A DNA stretch of 40,289 bases, taken from assembly GCA_011364975.1 (NCBI GenBank), contig RDOE01000023.1, positions 1-40,289 on the forward strand. The letters are read 5' to 3'. Origin of the DNA: Promethearchaeota archaeon (lineage in GTDB: Archaea > Asgardarchaeota > Lokiarchaeia > Sigyniarchaeales > SOKP01). Below, piece after piece: positions 36,978-40,289 of this stretch. The translations under genes and the position numbers were made by a program. The first letter of the stretch is position 1. The number at the start of each line of letters is the position of its first letter. Below the pieces are notes generated by a model, which searched no databases, was not told the DNA's origin, and worked only from the letters and a program-made list of their open reading frames with translations.

Positions 36978-38999
36978 ATGCGTCCCTCGGTTATCAAGTT
37001 AATGTTGTTTTTTTTTATATTATTATCTTCGAATATTATAATACTCACTTCAAATAAAGATAATGAAGTGGATTTAAAAACCTCAGCATTAACTCCAAAT
37101 CAGTTTTATGATTCGTTCAAATTCTTTGGTCCAAATGGTGAATTGCTTGCTCAGCTTTTTGATATACTCTTTAATCAATCTCTCACTTTAGATAAACATG
37201 AGATATTAGACGGAGTCTATGTTTTTAATGCATCGAAAAACAAGAATTATTCAGGTACATATTATTTTGGAGAGAATGATCAGGAAATCCATTTACTCTC
37301 ATGGGCAGATGCGAATAACGATAGTATTAATGATTTTGCGGATCCTGGTCCGGGGGTTTCATATTGCGTTGTTTCAAAGATAGGGTCATTTAACTATTCA
37401 ATAAATATCGAAGCACATGTCACGTTAATCGTCTGGGATAATGATCGTTCATTTGTGGATGCGATGAAGAGAATCCTCGATTTTGCGATTCTACTTCATG
37501 GACAAGCTCCTGAAGAAATATTAATTTCTGAACAATCAAAATTAATCTCATGGCTGTTAAAGTATCTTAACAGTATCTTTTCTGGAGACGAATTGTTCAT
37601 TTTTAATCCTATTGCCTTTCAGAAAATTGAATTCACTCCCTTACAAGGGTATGATATAACTAAGACATGGTACAATACTGGAGCTAATGGAATCATCGAT
37701 AACGACGATTTCATGATCGATCCGAGCATCTTGGTTAATTGGAATGCTACAGCGGGTATAGTTAAAGATTCACGAATGCAATGGCTTTTAACCAATATGT
37801 CTGGTAACCCTTTTACCGTGCAAAGTTATATTACCATATCATTTGATTTAATTCAGTTATGGCTTAAGAATTTTGAAATATCTGTTGATGCTGGAGTAAC
37901 CAATATGGAAAATCAAGATACGAGTGTTTTTACAGGAATGAGCATCGAGTCTTATCTATTTAGGCACAATCTAAAAGGAGGATATTTGTACCGTGATGAC
38001 GATCTAGATGCCAGTGTTGTGGTTGATGTTGAAGAAAAAATAATAGCAGAAGAGAAACCAGATCTCGTTTTAAGTGGAAAAAAGGTCGAAGTTACAGATA
38101 ACATAGTTTTAACAGTCATTGGAGGGATACACACTTTACCTCCGGAAGTAGAAGGAGAGGAAAACGTAACCTGGGCAGTATCCTTCAAGGATCTACAAGT
38201 TACCTGCTTACCCATCGGAATTGCTATTGATTCCTATCAACCAGCATATAAAGAGAATCTTACGTTTATGGATTTCAAACTCACGTTTATAAATTCAGCT
38301 GGAGAACCAAATACAGATGGAAAAGTGAACGCAATCGGAAATGTAAAGCTTGAACACAACTTAGCCCCTTGGAATAATGGCTCTGGTCCAAAAAAAGACA
38401 TTACCGGACTAGACTTGGCAATGATGTATCTTTCAAGCATTTTCCATTTTAAATTTGATGTAGATGCCCAAAATATAGATCTAGTCAATCAAACTCAATC
38501 AGATATTATAGATGAATATGATAAAACTAATAATCGATTAAAGATCAAAAATTACCTTAGTAGAGGGGATAACTACCTTGATTTCGTTGACATCACTGGA
38601 GACAACTACATTTTAGGGCAAAAAGCAACCTTGAATGGAGAACCGATTGGAGGAACCTCATATGAAGCTAATTCTGCAATTGAACTTTCAGGTTTGTGGA
38701 AACTTCAAGGTGATTCATGTGAATTGCATACGGGGGACATTGATACGATAAAAGATGATTTTTCTCCAGACTTTGGTTATAATATAAGTAATAATGTAAT
38801 GTTTTATGCTAATTGTTATTCAAACTTTAGTGATAATAATGCTCCGGGTATTTGGCATGATCCCACTTTCTATATTTACATGGTTTTTATTCGCGAGACT
38901 ACGAGTTTCTGGCCGATATTATTTGTTATAATGGGTGTTGGATTAGCTGGAATCGCCACGATAATGATCATCATCTTCAAAAGAAGAGGAGTACGCTGA
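36978..38999 (+). CDS. Cell-surface protein with signal peptide and C-terminal TM anchor
   Basis: Signal peptide then DLKTS; many N-x-S/T sequons; IWHDPTF before the TM helix and basic KRRGVR tail. Confidence 0.88.
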   Translation: MRPSVIKLMLFFFILLSSNIIILTSNKDNEVDLKTSALTPNQFYDSFKFFGPNGELLAQLFDILFNQSLTLDKHEILDGVYVFNASKNKNYSGTYYFGENDQEIHLLSWADANNDSINDFADPGPGVSYCVVSKIGSFNYSINIEAHVTLIVWDNDRSFVDAMKRILDFAILLHGQAPEEILISEQSKLISWLLKYLNSIFSGDELFIFNPIAFQKIEFTPLQGYDITKTWYNTGANGIIDNDDFMIDPSILVNWNATAGIVKDSRMQWLLTNMSGNPFTVQSYITISFDLIQLWLKNFEISVDAGVTNMENQDTSVFTGMSIESYLFRHNLKGGYLYRDDDLDASVVVDVEEKIIAEEKPDLVLSGKKVEVTDNIVLTVIGGIHTLPPEVEGEENVTWAVSFKDLQVTCLPIGIAIDSYQPAYKENLTFMDFKLTFINSAGEPNTDGKVNAIGNVKLEHNLAPWNNGSGPKKDITGLDLAMMYLSSIFHFKFDVDAQNIDLVNQTQSDIIDEYDKTNNRLKIKNYLSRGDNYLDFVDITGDNYILGQKATLNGEPIGGTSYEANSAIELSGLWKLQGDSCELHTGDIDTIKDDFSPDFGYNISNNVMFYANCYSNFSDNNAPGIWHDPTFYIYMVFIRETTSFWPILFVIMGVGLAGIATIMIIIFKRRGVR

Positions 39000-39055
39000 A
39001 ATTTATAGAGAAATATAAGAATTATCTTCTAAGCTCAGCGAATACATATTACAAT

Positions 39056-39077
39056 TCAGACACTGAATTTACCTTTC
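39056..39077 (+). repeat. Intergenic 22-bp direct repeat, copy 2
   Basis: TCAGACACTGAATTTACCTTTC; overlaps the perfect dyad AATTCAG-ACA-CTGAATT at 39053-39069. Confidence 0.7.
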
Positions 39078-39193
39078 CATCAAAAGGCATCAAACATTAG
39101 AAAATATGGCAAATCTTTTCAAAAATGCTTTTTTAAATAGGGATCTGCTTTTTTTTTAGAGTAAAGTAAAAAAGAGTGTGAAATTCGTATAGT

Positions 39194-39670
39194 TTATTCA
39201 GATTTAATCTGATTCTCTTCTTGATCTACTTTATATTTTTCACTAGCAAAAAAAATTAGTAATGGAATTAATAACTCATACACACCTTTTCCTAAATCTG
39301 TTAGTTCATAACTAACTCGAATGGGTTGTGTATTGCTTATTGTTCGAGTTACAATATGATTTTCTTCAAACTCTTTCAAGCGTGTCGTTAACGTGCGTGA
39401 ATTTATATTTGGTAAAGCTCGACGAATATCATTGAAGAATGGTTTTCCTTTAATTCTGATGATATATATTAGATCCATTGTCCATTTTTTTTGCAAAAAA
39501 TTTAGTGCATCGTTGAGAAATAGTAATTCTTCTTGTATATGAGCATCATCATGCACAAAAGCTTCAAAATCTTTTTTAAGTCCCTTCATCACTGCTTCAC
39601 GCATTAAAGGTATTTGTTCATCCATCTCTTTCCATATAATGGAAAGCTCTTTCCTCAAATTATTCTTCAT
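39194..39670 (-). CDS. HxlR-family wHTH transcriptional regulator
   Basis: KKWT..LI, FNDIRRALP.INSRTLT.RLKE.E, P.RVSYELT..G. Confidence 0.93.
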   Translation of the reverse strand: MKNNLRKELSIIWKEMDEQIPLMREAVMKGLKKDFEAFVHDDAHIQEELLFLNDALNFLQKKWTMDLIYIIRIKGKPFFNDIRRALPNINSRTLTTRLKEFEENHIVTRTISNTQPIRVSYELTDLGKGVYELLIPLLIFFASEKYKVDQEENQIKSE

Positions 39671-39782
39671 AAAACCTCAACTCGTCTCTAGAATATCTCT
39701 CATAATTTAGATAAATCTCTTTTAGATTATACAATTTTACCACGTTTTTCACATTCCGGTTAAATTTATTATATTAATCTTT

Positions 39783-40289
39783 TCAAAGACTATCTACGAA
39801 TTTCTTCACATTTTTCAAGGCGTGTCTAAATTCAGGTGTTAGTTTTCCCAGTATTGGAATCGCTATAAAAATTAGAAACGCATGAAACATTCCTTCCCAT
39901 AAATCAACAGTTACGGAAACTCCCTGGTTTTTCATTTTTTCTGCAATAATTAAAGAATCATCGAGTAGTACCTCTCTTGTCCCCACTTGTAGAAATATCG
40001 GAGGGAATCCATTGAAATCAGCAAAAATAGGTGAGATTTCCGGATTTTCTGGAGATTCGGTTTTTACATAAGCTATAACACTAGTTTCCAAATTTTTCAC
40101 ATTGAAGAAAACATCTTGTTCAATTTTCGTTTTCATAGTTTCACTAGTTAAGGTTAGATCAGTCCAGGCCGACAAACATATAGCTGCTTTTGGTTGAGGT
40201 AAATTTTGTACTCCAATTCGATGAAGCAAAGCCAGAGTTAATCCCCCTCCAGCAGAATCACCCATGATAATTATATTTTCTGCGGGAAT
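39783..40289 (-). CDS. HSL-family alpha/beta hydrolase (esterase), partial (N-terminus off right edge)
   Basis: Open to the edge: IPAENIIIMGDSAGGGL, ISP...D..GFPP, EVLLDDS, GMFHAF catalytic triad motifs. Confidence 0.93.
   Translation of the reverse strand: MPAENIIIMGDSAGGGLTLALLHRIGVQNLPQPKAAICLSAWTDLTLTSETMKTKIEQDVFFNVKNLETSVIAYVKTESPENPEISPIFADFNGFPPIFLQVGTREVLLDDSLIIAEKMKNQGVSVTVDLWEGMFHAFLIFIAIPILGKLTPEFRHALKNVKKFVDSL

Noticed and set aside
405-38488. Many short antisense or alternate-frame ORFs in the track (e.g. 405-629, 5375-5659, 7029-7364, 10118-10483, 15427-15759, 21359-21727, 24006-24440, 28212-28535, 34353-34724, 37952-38215)
   Set aside because: They lie wholly or largely within well-supported genes on the other strand or frame and show no motifs; shadow ORFs.
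1-40289. tRNA, rRNA, transposase or provirus genes
   Set aside because: No GC-rich structured RNA segment and no transposase, integrase or capsid motifs were seen by eye; a covariance-model scan would be needed to exclude small ncRNAs.

Overview
Very AT-rich, gene-dense archaeal DNA, most likely from an Asgard archaeon of Lokiarchaeia type. The evidence is two Rab-like small GTPase genes, longin, gelsolin-like and BRO1-like proteins, archaeal-type ThrRS, SepRS, CTP-dependent riboflavin kinase, MfnD and an fwd-like cluster. About 37 CDS are supported. I saw no rRNA, tRNA, CRISPR array or transposase. Left and middle: sugar salvage (GHMP kinase plus NTP transferase), lipid and flavin genes, a translin-sepS-ribL-ribK run, thrS, tandem DUF1624/HGSNAT-like membrane acyltransferases, a NifB/NifX gene with two ferredoxin-ATPases, an MttB-family/PIG-L/MFS cluster and a degenerate fwd(G)BDA cluster. 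Right: accessory-looking genes. The best candidate for an undescribed system is a coupled three-gene operon (31238-35636, minus strand): a single-pass receptor-like GNAT acetyltransferase, a SelO-like kinase-fold protein and a wHTH/coiled-coil helical protein. Also notable are an NPRL2-like longin-wHTH protein, a membrane-anchored gelsolin-like protein, a BRO1-like protein and genes that appear to need ATA, CTG or ATT start codons, which the ORF track truncates. All family calls come from recognising motifs by eye; no database search was run.
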